From Candidatus Helarchaeota archaeon (GTDB lineage Archaea > Asgardarchaeota > Lokiarchaeia > Helarchaeales > RDOG01): a stretch of 64,000 bases of DNA. The stretch is taken from positions 1 through 64,000 of the forward strand of contig JALGVI010000003.1 of the NCBI GenBank assembly GCA_029838215.1, written 5' to 3'. Shown here in pieces: positions 1 to 7,736 of the stretch (the first letter of the stretch is position 1; each line of letters begins with the position of its first letter). The notes under the pieces are model-generated. The model was not told the origin of the DNA, ran no database searches, and was given only the letters and a program-made list of their open reading frames with translations. Both the position numbers and the translations under genes were made by a program.

Positions 1-2
1 AA

Positions 3-284
3 AATATTTATGAAAAAATCAAGAAACTCGCTTTTTTAGGTCGAATTCGAGTAAAATTTTTAGATATTGAGTGCTGGGCTCAGAGTAAAGAAGATTTTAT
101 TTTATCAAAATTGGTATACGGAGGCTATCAAGACTACAAAGATGCATTAGCTTGTTGGATACGATTTGAAGATGAATTAAATATATCGTATCTTAACCAA
201 AACTCGGAATTACTTGATATAATGCCGATTTGGCAGGCATTACGTGAAAAAAGAGACGTGGATTTGGTTTTTCCTGACGACTAG
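3..284 (+). CDS. 5'-truncated ORF, C-terminal part of a possible nucleotidyltransferase-fold (DUF6036/AbiEii-like) protein
   Basis: Frame 3 is open from the window edge to TAG at 282-284. It translates to ...AQSKEDFILSKLVYGGYQDYKDAL..., reminiscent of the 'EDLILxKL..GR.xDxxD' segment of such proteins. Not in the ORF track. Confidence 0.4.
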   Translation, partial: NIYEKIKKLAFLGRIRVKFLDIECWAQSKEDFILSKLVYGGYQDYKDALACWIRFEDELNISYLNQNSELLDIMPIWQALREKRDVDLVFPDD

Positions 285-351
285 GAAGCTTAGACGCGAA
301 TATCGGTAGCTTTTATATTGAAAATTTTTCAACAAATCTTGATTTAATGAA

Positions 352-1731
352 TTGAATGAAAAAAACTCGGAAATGACAATGCAGAAATTAAGACAAAAGC
401 CACCGTTGCAATCATTCTTTTCACCTAAGAGCGTTGCAGTTATTGGTGCGTCTTCTCAGAAAGGAAAGTTCGGGAATCAAGTTCTAATTAATCTGAAGAA
501 CATTGGATATAAAGGAAACGTCTATCCTGTAAACAGAAATGCCAAAAATGACATTCTAAATCTTACAACTTACAAAAGCATTCGTGAATTGCCCGAAGTT
601 CCTGAATTAGCAGTAATTGTTTTACAACCGGACGTTGCTCTCAAGACTGTTTATGAATGCTATGATTTTGGCATCAAGAATATAATGTTGGAATCCTCCT
701 TTATTTCTGAACAGGTGGAAAAAGAATTACGTGTTAAATCCTGTCAAATGGGCTTTCGGATAATGGGAAGCAATTCCATTGGCTTGATCAACTTCACCGA
801 TAACTTTTCTACTTCGCTAATCCCCGTTCGGTGCAATTACGTGAACAAGAATAATAAAGTGGGATACTTGGCTCAAAGTGGTGGGCTGGCAGGTGCCTGT
901 GGCTGGTGGTCTCCGCACGCAAATGTTGGTTTCAGCAAGGTAATTCATCTGGGAAAAAGTTGCGATGTAAATGAAGCAGAAGTGATTGAATACCTGACAG
1001 ATGATCCAAACACTGAAGTGATAACGCTTTATCTTCATCGCATCACGGACAGAATCATAAATATTGTTAGAGAATGTTCACGCAGAACACCCATTCTCTT
1101 CTTGAAAACCATCGATACTGCGAAACTTCATGCTCTTGAAGAAGCGGGAGCACTACCTGTTTTTACTTACCAAGATTTATTTGAAATTTCAAAAGCGTTC
1201 ATCCTCGCACCACCTTTTAAAGGAAAGAGAATTGGACTGATCGGTCCGAGTTCGGGCGCCCTCTCGCTCATAACTTGTAATCTCAAGACACATGGCTTCG
1301 AATTAGCCCAAGAATTGGAAGAAAAAACCATTAATCGTCTTCGAGATGAAGTCCTACACCCACAGAGCAGGATTTATAACCCCGTGGATTATTGGCCGCC
1401 AACGCGTTTTGATGGTGAAGAAGTTGGACGAAAACATCGCGTTGCTGCCGAGACCCTATTATCTGATAAAAATATCGATGCGTTAATCATCGTTCTGGAA
1501 TTATTTAAAGAAATAGAGTTTGACGTGGTGAAAGAGTTCTCACATTTGCAAGCTAAATTTCCCGACAAACCCATTATTGCTGCTTGCGTTCAAGTGGAGC
1601 CTTCTGTCTTAAACCGCGTTTTGGAAGGGCTTGTACAAATCGACATGCTTCATTACAATTATGAAATTGAGAAAAGCGTGCAAGCTTTGAATTATTTAAA
1701 GCGTTACTACACGCAATCGTTAAATTTCTGA
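352..1731 (+). CDS. Acetate-CoA ligase (ADP-forming) alpha-subunit-like CoA-binding protein, apparently lacking the phospho-His loop
   Basis: CoA-binding N-terminus (SVAVIGAS..GKFG..YPVN), GSNSIG, QSGG and ligase-like C-terminal domains (NPVD, DALIIV). The SHTGxLAG loop is absent. Confidence 0.8.
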   Translation: MNEKNSEMTMQKLRQKPPLQSFFSPKSVAVIGASSQKGKFGNQVLINLKNIGYKGNVYPVNRNAKNDILNLTTYKSIRELPEVPELAVIVLQPDVALKTVYECYDFGIKNIMLESSFISEQVEKELRVKSCQMGFRIMGSNSIGLINFTDNFSTSLIPVRCNYVNKNNKVGYLAQSGGLAGACGWWSPHANVGFSKVIHLGKSCDVNEAEVIEYLTDDPNTEVITLYLHRITDRIINIVRECSRRTPILFLKTIDTAKLHALEEAGALPVFTYQDLFEISKAFILAPPFKGKRIGLIGPSSGALSLITCNLKTHGFELAQELEEKTINRLRDEVLHPQSRIYNPVDYWPPTRFDGEEVGRKHRVAAETLLSDKNIDALIIVLELFKEIEFDVVKEFSHLQAKFPDKPIIAACVQVEPSVLNRVLEGLVQIDMLHYNYEIEKSVQALNYLKRYYTQSLNF

Positions 1732-2390
1732 TGGATGACATGACAAAAGCAGTCCCATCCCACCCTGATGTTTTTACATGTCAAAGATGTGGAAATTGTT
1801 GTCGACATCCGAATACTAAAGATGCAAGCCAGCGATATATCCCTATCTACTTGGATGAAATCGAAGCACTTCAAGACATCGCACGAGAACGTGATGTAGC
1901 CCTTGATTTGAAAGAAGACGTGATGTATCCTGATTATCTCAATAAGCGATTGATAATCATATCTTATGCACTCAAATTCTCAGATTGTTGTCCTTTTTAT
2001 GATAAAAATATGAAAGGATGTACGATATATGAAAATCGCCCGCTGACGTGTCGTGCATACCCCGTATCTATCTGGAGAGAAGATGGTTTCAGGACCCTGA
2101 TGCACCTTGAAATGGAATGTAAGCACGTTCAAGCTAATAGCGAAAATCTCCATTCAAAATCCTTTGAATTCTTAGAAACCTATTTTCAACCTGAGTTTAA
2201 AAATGCAAAACAGTTAATGATTAAAGGAAAAAACATTCTTTATGACATCATACAACTAGAAAAAGCCGAAATCATTGATGTAGGCTTTTTAAATCAGAAA
2301 ATTGACTTCTTTTTTGAAATTGAAAATGCCAAAACCGAGTTTTTAACCTGGCCACGAGTGAAGATCTCCGAATTGAGAATTGACGATTGA
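1731..2390 (+). CDS. YkgJ family cysteine-cluster (putative Fe-S/Zn) protein
   Basis: CQRCGNCC ... CCPF ... CTIYENRPLTCRAYP ... C pattern. Start overlaps the upstream stop by 1 nt. Confidence 0.85.
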   Translation: MDDMTKAVPSHPDVFTCQRCGNCCRHPNTKDASQRYIPIYLDEIEALQDIARERDVALDLKEDVMYPDYLNKRLIIISYALKFSDCCPFYDKNMKGCTIYENRPLTCRAYPVSIWREDGFRTLMHLEMECKHVQANSENLHSKSFEFLETYFQPEFKNAKQLMIKGKNILYDIIQLEKAEIIDVGFLNQKIDFFFEIENAKTEFLTWPRVKISELRIDD

Positions 2391-2429
2391 TTTTAAAAAC
2401 CATAAAAACCTTGTTATTTTCGATGTATC

Positions 2430-3455
2430 ATGCCACGAGTAGCACTATTTGAGAAACCAAATGAGATTAAAATAGTTGAACGAAAGAAACCGAACATTAA
2501 AGAAAATGAAGTCTTGATTAAAGTTGCGTATGCCGGAATCTGTAACACGGACTTGGAAATTTTTAATGGCGAATACATTATCCCCAAGGCTCCTTTAGTT
2601 CTGGGTCATGAATTTACCGGAGAAGTCGTCGAGTTAGGAAGTCCGGAGTATAAAGCAATTTTAGGAAAAAGGGTAACCGCAGAAATCAATAATACTTGTC
2701 TTGCCTATAGACGTCGATATCTTTGTCCTGCATGCCGAACAAATTTGGATAATCATTGTCTGAAACGAACAGTCTTAGGAATTGTAAAATCTGATGGTGC
2801 ATTTGCTCAGTACATTAAGGTTCCCATTGGCAATGTTCACGTTCTCCCCGAAAATGTTTCTTTGAAAGAAGGAGTCTTCATAGAAACGCTTGCCGCAGCC
2901 ATTCAAACATTTGAAATGGCACCAATCACGATTGGAAATTTGGTTGTTGTTTTCGGAGTCGGAAAACTGGGACTTTTAATCTTGAGTGTGGCTCGCCATT
3001 TGGGCGCAAGAGTGATTGCAGTTTCACGTTCTAGGAAAAAACTTGATTTTGCAAGACGCTTCGGGGCTGATTTCGTCCTGACACCGCAAGATGATATTCG
3101 TAGACTCGTAGACAATCTCACGGAAGACCTGGGTGCTGATGTTGTTGTAGAATCGAGCGGTGATCCTCAAAATTTGGAAAAATGCTTGGAAGTTGTAAAA
3201 CCGAGAGGAACGATCGTCCTGAAAACGACAACGAGTAATCAGGCAAAAAATATAGACACGACAAAGATAGTCCTTGATGAAATAAAAATCATTGGCTCCC
3301 GTTGTGGACCATTTCCAAAAGCAATGAACATGATAGCGAGCAAGATGATTGATGTAAATCGTTTAATTTCCGAAGTCTATCCCTTGACTAAAATTGATGA
3401 GGCATTTGAAGCTGCAAAAGAAAAATTCAAGATTTTGATTGATTGTCAAAAATAA
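2430..3455 (+). CDS. Zinc-dependent alcohol dehydrogenase (MDR superfamily)
   Basis: GICNTD, LGHEFTG, structural Zn cysteines (C..CPAC...C) and Rossmann motif GVGKLG. Confidence 0.9.
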   Translation: MPRVALFEKPNEIKIVERKKPNIKENEVLIKVAYAGICNTDLEIFNGEYIIPKAPLVLGHEFTGEVVELGSPEYKAILGKRVTAEINNTCLAYRRRYLCPACRTNLDNHCLKRTVLGIVKSDGAFAQYIKVPIGNVHVLPENVSLKEGVFIETLAAAIQTFEMAPITIGNLVVVFGVGKLGLLILSVARHLGARVIAVSRSRKKLDFARRFGADFVLTPQDDIRRLVDNLTEDLGADVVVESSGDPQNLEKCLEVVKPRGTIVLKTTTSNQAKNIDTTKIVLDEIKIIGSRCGPFPKAMNMIASKMIDVNRLISEVYPLTKIDEAFEAAKEKFKILIDCQK

Positions 3456-3457
3456 GT

Positions 3458-4735
3458 TTATTTATTGAATTTTGAACCGCAGAAACTGCAAAATACTGCC
3501 TTATCTCGATTCTTCGTTCCACAATGCACGCAAAACTTCATCCCTGATTCTTTATCATTTCTCTTTAATATTGGTCTTGTTACTCTCTCGATCTTGCTTT
3601 TTTGAATTGGCTTGGAATCAAGGCGAACCTCCTTGATAACCAATGGTGGATTTGGTCGAATGAGGTCGGGTCGTTTTGTCTTGAGAATTTTTACTATTGT
3701 ATGAGTTCGCAAATCGATTCCCACCTCTGAGCCGACTGTCAATTCCGAGAAGGGAATGAAAGAATTTGAGATCACGTAGTTGGTACCCGAAATTTGAACC
3801 ATTATCTCGTTTTTGTCTGTCTTCCGTTGAACCGTTCCCACGAGAAGTGGTTCTTTTGCTGAATTGCTGACCAACTCGAGCATCAAGTAGTTTTTTTGGG
3901 ACACCGCTACTTTACAACCCGGTTTTAATGAGTCTTCAGGTAGCCCTACGGCTGGACTAGAAATGAATTTTTTACCCGCGATTTCTACTTCATAACGTTT
4001 TTCACCGATTTTTTTAAGAATCGTTCCCAAAACCAATGGATCTTTTTTGAGGTTTTCTTGTTGAGCCCTGAATGCTTGAAGCTCCAGCTCTGCACTCGTT
4101 AGCTTATTTTCCAATTCTTGGATTTTGGTTTTTAAACGAATTATGTCCTGGTCTTTTTGTTGAAGATTTGATTGCAAGTCTTGAAATTTCTGATGCTCCA
4201 ACTTCAACTCATTTATCTTCTTTTCACTGGCAATTTTAACGTTTTCAAGGATTTCTTTTTCTTCCTTGATTCTTTGTATGTATTCTGTAAGCTTCAAGGT
4301 TTCTTCTGATAATTTTTTAATTTCCTCATCTTTATCCGCTAATCTTGCTTGATAATCCGATTGAAACATCCTGTTTTGTTCTTGAAGCTGAAGAATCTGT
4401 TGATTTAAAGATTCAATTTGACTCGTTAATTTCACGGCTTGCTGATCTGATTCTGAACTTAACATTTTAGTTTTATTTTCTAATTCCTGCTTTTCACTTT
4501 TAACAGAAATGAGTTCTCTTTGCAAGATTTGAATCTGATTCTTTAATTCTTTTACTCGTGTTTCACTTTCCGAAACAATGGCTTGATTTTTCCCTACAAG
4601 ATCATTTCTTTCCTTTTCTAAAAGAATGAGCTTTTCGGAGAGATCTTTTATCTTCTTTTTAAGTGTAGAAAGTGCCTCACTTGAACTTTCTCCAGAAGGT
4701 TTCTCCCCTGCGACGGGTGGCCGTTCTATCTCCAA
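3458..4735 (-). CDS. Long coiled-coil protein with two PAN/Rpt-like OB folds and a C-terminal zinc ribbon, no AAA domain
   Basis: About 200 aa of heptad-rich helix, then LKKDPLVLGTILKKIGEKR...LKPGCKVAV and KEPLLVGTVQ...LTVGSEVGIDLRTHTIVKIL, then CVHCG...CSFCG. No Walker A/B. Confidence 0.7.
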   Translation of the reverse strand: MEIERPPVAGEKPSGESSSEALSTLKKKIKDLSEKLILLEKERNDLVGKNQAIVSESETRVKELKNQIQILQRELISVKSEKQELENKTKMLSSESDQQAVKLTSQIESLNQQILQLQEQNRMFQSDYQARLADKDEEIKKLSEETLKLTEYIQRIKEEKEILENVKIASEKKINELKLEHQKFQDLQSNLQQKDQDIIRLKTKIQELENKLTSAELELQAFRAQQENLKKDPLVLGTILKKIGEKRYEVEIAGKKFISSPAVGLPEDSLKPGCKVAVSQKNYLMLELVSNSAKEPLLVGTVQRKTDKNEIMVQISGTNYVISNSFIPFSELTVGSEVGIDLRTHTIVKILKTKRPDLIRPNPPLVIKEVRLDSKPIQKSKIERVTRPILKRNDKESGMKFCVHCGTKNRDKAVFCSFCGSKFNK

Positions 4736-4851
4736 TTTTCTCTTCCACCGATTTTTTCATTGAAACATTCATCGATAAAATTTCAAGCACGTTCATGCTA
4801 CAAACTTTTAAGAAAAGTCCCGATTTAAAAACGTGTCGGACTTGGTAAAAA

Positions 4852-5043
4852 ATGACGGGCGATGAGCAAATCCAATGCATTTTCTGTGGTAAAAAGGAAA
4901 TCATTGGACAGAAGAGTATCAAATTTTACCTAAATTGGCTGGAATACGAACCCGATAAATGGGTTTGCAAGGACTGTAAGCGAAAAGAATTAGAGCCACG
5001 TTTACACTATTATAAATTAGGAATGTTTGTTAGAGGAGATTAG
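4852..5043 (+). CDS. Small C4 zinc-finger protein
   Basis: CIFCG ... CKDCK in 63 aa. Its stop overlaps the DUF655 stop. Confidence 0.6.
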   Translation: MTGDEQIQCIFCGKKEIIGQKSIKFYLNWLEYEPDKWVCKDCKRKELEPRLHYYKLGMFVRGD

Positions 5044-5660
5044 TGCTCCTGCGGAGGATAACGTGTAAATAGTCTATATTTCTCGTTTTCGTTCTCTATT
5101 TCTTGGAGTATGCGCTTCACGATCAGTTTCTTGGGATCCGGTATTCGAACTCTTTCGCTTATCTCTTCAAAACTTTCGAAGGGTTTCTTTTTGACTTCGT
5201 TTATGAAATCCCACATTAATTTCTTTCCTACGCCGGGCAACAATTCCAATTGATGTTTACGCGTTGTGATCGGTCTTGCATTATTGAAGAAATAAAGAAA
5301 TCTTTTAGGATTTCGATTAATTATTCCTTCTATTACTCCGGTAATTTCAAATTTTCCGGTCGATGTCAAGTCATCATACCTGATACGTTTTTTTATGTGT
5401 GCAATCTTCTTACGCCTATTCTCTTGTTTTCCGATATAAATTCGCTCACGAATATTAATTCGAACGTTCTTATACGGAACTAAAGCTAATAACGTGAAGA
5501 ACCCCTCTCCGATGGCTTGGACCATTGGTTCTGATGAGTAGGACGGTTTCCTGCTATTTAGATCTTGCTTTCCCCTTTGCAAGAAATCCAGTACGATGAC
5601 AAATTCTTCATATTTTTTCTTACCATGGTCCTTATCCATGAGTTGATCACCTGTATTCAT
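5040..5660 (-). CDS. DUF655 domain protein (predicted RNA-binding, HhH)
   Basis: VLDFL..G, QAIGEGFFTLL, HQLELLPGVGKK, PFESFEEI; conserved position downstream of rpl21e-rpoF. Confidence 0.9.
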   Translation of the reverse strand: MNTGDQLMDKDHGKKKYEEFVIVLDFLQRGKQDLNSRKPSYSSEPMVQAIGEGFFTLLALVPYKNVRINIRERIYIGKQENRRKKIAHIKKRIRYDDLTSTGKFEITGVIEGIINRNPKRFLYFFNNARPITTRKHQLELLPGVGKKLMWDFINEVKKKPFESFEEISERVRIPDPKKLIVKRILQEIENENEKYRLFTRYPPQEH

Positions 5661-5803
5661 GTATGGTAATTCATTAATTAAAAAATCTAGGTTCGAAACC
5701 CCTCAACCTTATTTTTCCTATGGAAGCTTGCATAATTTTGAACAATAAAATGAATTTATTCGGTATTTAATAAAACTTTTGGATTTGAGGAATTAAACGA
5801 GTC

Positions 5804-6193
5804 TTAAATTTCTATTTCATCTTGCACGTATTTACTTCGATATTTGTTGATCAGTTCAATTATTTCTTCTTTTGTTTCCATTGAAAAACGGGTGTCGGAT
5901 TTATCAAAGATTAGGTCTAGTTCTTCAGGCATGACGGGAGGTGTATGTAAATCAACTATTTGATTTGCTTGTAATGGATTTAGGTTATATTTTTCTTGTA
6001 ATTCTGCTTTTAAGGCAAGTGCATCTTCAACGCTATAGAGTGAAAATTTATTTACATAGTCATACGTTACTCTTTGAACGTAAGATAGATCTTCTTCCCC
6101 TTCTCCTTCCTTAATTCTTTTTTTTAGAATTTCTTTAACCTCAGCTAAAGTAACTTCCTTTTCATCAATGACTTTTTCTTGCACTTGGTTCAC
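5804..6193 (-). CDS. rpoF: RNA polymerase subunit F (Rpo4)
   Basis: LSYVQRVTYDYVNKFS and QIVDL..P...EELDLIF; GTG start overlaps the rpl21e stop by 4 nt. Confidence 0.9.
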   Translation of the reverse strand: MNQVQEKVIDEKEVTLAEVKEILKKRIKEGEGEEDLSYVQRVTYDYVNKFSLYSVEDALALKAELQEKYNLNPLQANQIVDLHTPPVMPEELDLIFDKSDTRFSMETKEEIIELINKYRSKYVQDEIEI

Positions 6194-6510
6194 TCCGTTT
6201 TATTGAATACACTCTTGCTTTTTCTAATGTGATCGATTCGTGAAATGACCGTCTTTGGTTTATTTTTGTCCTTTATTGCGATAACACACGCTCGTCCGCG
6301 TATTTCAATGACACGACCAGTATATCCGTGAAAACGAAAATGTGGTTGACCTTTTTGAACGGAAGGATCGATGACGATGTCAACAATATCTCCGACTTCA
6401 TATTTTTGCAAGACCGTTCTTCCTAACGGTGCTATTCCTTTTTGCCTTACTCTCTTCCTAAACACGCCTCTCGTATGTCTTGATTTATATCCACGGGACT
6501 TTTTTGCCAT
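6190..6510 (-). CDS. rpl21e: 50S ribosomal protein L21e (eL21)
   Basis: GYKSRHTR, YEVGDIVDIVIDPSVQKGQPHFRFHGYTG. ATG at 6510 is preferred over the track's TTG at 6522. Confidence 0.95.
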   Translation of the reverse strand: MAKKSRGYKSRHTRGVFRKRVRQKGIAPLGRTVLQKYEVGDIVDIVIDPSVQKGQPHFRFHGYTGRVIEIRGRACVIAIKDKNKPKTVISRIDHIRKSKSVFNKTE

Positions 6511-6535
6511 GTAGAACACCAAAAGTTTGCCGATT

Positions 6536-6602
6536 ACAAGCTCAGGAAAACCATCGAAACGGGAATTCCTCCGATATTTGAGTCTTCACGACTCGAGCTT
6601 GT
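6536..6602 (-). promoter_or_regulatory. Putative structured 5' leader (three-way junction) upstream of rpl21e
   Basis: Perfect 8-bp closing stem (6536-6543 with 6595-6602), hairpin GAGUC-GUGAA-GACUC, and a hairpin capped by UUCG with a G-U pair that works on the minus strand. It ends about 25 nt before the ATG. Confidence 0.5.
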
Positions 6603-6762
6603 TTCACGTGTTGATTTTTTAATGATAAATTTTGCTTCTAATAGTTGAGGAATGGATATTCGATTTGCCTATATAAAATTATTTAGACTAAAAGAGAATT
6701 ACATAAATAACCAAATCATTAGCTCCAATGCTTGATCCGATTTGCCAATTCCACGAGTAATG

Positions 6763-6804
6763 AAATTTAATTTAGAGGAAATTAAGGATTTCATAGAGAT
6801 GCTT
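6763..6804 (+). repeat. 42-bp direct repeat, copy 1 (duplicate of the methyltransferase 3' end)
   Basis: Matches 7373-7414 with 3 mismatches. Confidence 0.85.
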
Positions 6805-6865
6805 GTTTAATTTAAAAGCGAAAATAAAATTGCTTCACTCGTGCTTTTTCTATCGTTGAAAAATT

Positions 6866-7426
6866 TTGGTGGTGTCTTTCTTGGAACATAAAGCAGAAAT
6901 TCGCTTGAGGTATGAAGAAACAGCCGACATGTACGATCGGCGCTATCGAACCATTCAGCGGCAAAAGTTCGACGTATTTTACAAAGAATTAGCAATGGGC
7001 TTGAGCTCTGGAGTTATTGATATTGGTTGTGGCACGGGACTTTTTTTTGAATTTCTGGATTTTTTTCCAAAAACTGCCATTGGTTTGGACTTTTCCGTCA
7101 ACATGTTGAAAATTGCGAAAAAAAAGTTAAAAAATTCTCTAATTCATTGGATCTCTGCGGACATGGAACATCTGCCGTTCCGTGAGGCCCTTTTCGATCA
7201 CGTGTTTCTCATAACATCATTGCAAAATGTTCCGAATTTTGAACGGGCATTAAAAGAGACTTTCCGCATCTGTGGTCATCATGGATTCGTAATCTTATCA
7301 ATTCTCAAGAAGAAACAAGCCCCCGTGAAACTTACTTCTCTTCAAAAAGAAATGAATTTTCAAGTGATAAAAAAATTTAATTTAGAGGAAATTGAGGATT
7401 TCATAGAAATACTTAGAAAAAAATGA
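6866..7426 (+). CDS. Class I SAM-dependent methyltransferase (UbiE/Methyltransf_11-like)
   Basis: VIDIGCGTG motif I, GLDFSVNML, ADMEHLPF. Confidence 0.85.
   Translation: MVVSFLEHKAEIRLRYEETADMYDRRYRTIQRQKFDVFYKELAMGLSSGVIDIGCGTGLFFEFLDFFPKTAIGLDFSVNMLKIAKKKLKNSLIHWISADMEHLPFREALFDHVFLITSLQNVPNFERALKETFRICGHHGFVILSILKKKQAPVKLTSLQKEMNFQVIKKFNLEEIEDFIEILRKK
7373..7414 (+). repeat. 42-bp direct repeat, copy 2 (within the methyltransferase 3' end)
   Basis: Matches 6763-6804. Confidence 0.85.
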
Positions 7427-7459
7427 TTGAAATTTAAATGTTTAAAGATGTGTGTTAAA

Positions 7460-7735
7460 ATGGGACGTCGACGACGACAAAAGGTTCAAGTACGACCTCG
7501 AAAAAGGATACCAAGGATTTTTGATTGTCCAAAATGTGGTAAAAATTCAATAACAATCGAGGTTTTCAAACCTCCGACCTTGGAAGGAAGGGGGCATGCC
7601 GTTATCACGTGCGGAAATCCCGATTGTCTTCTTCAGCGGACGGTACAGGTCACTTTCATAAGTGATCCCGTTGATGCTTATGGAGACTTCATTGATCAAT
7701 ATTATAGCGAGCAAGAATCCGAAAGCACGCCTTGA
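7460..7735 (+). CDS. elf1: Transcription elongation factor Elf1
   Basis: MGRRRR..., FDCPKCG, C..PDC, DPVDAYGDFID. ATG 7460 is preferred over the track's 7427. Confidence 0.9.
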   Translation: MGRRRRQKVQVRPRKRIPRIFDCPKCGKNSITIEVFKPPTLEGRGHAVITCGNPDCLLQRTVQVTFISDPVDAYGDFIDQYYSEQESESTP

Positions 7736-7736
7736 T

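Noticed and set aside
3458-4735. Calling this ORF PAN, SMC or a chromosome-segregation ATPase
   Set aside because: It has no Walker A/B or signature motifs; only the CC-OB part resembles PAN.
6536-6602. Hairpin considered as a SECIS element, tRNA fragment or SRP Alu domain
   Set aside because: There is no AUGA/GA quartet with an apical A-run, no adjacent gene with an in-frame TGA, no T-loop or anticodon arm, and no continuation into an SRP S domain.
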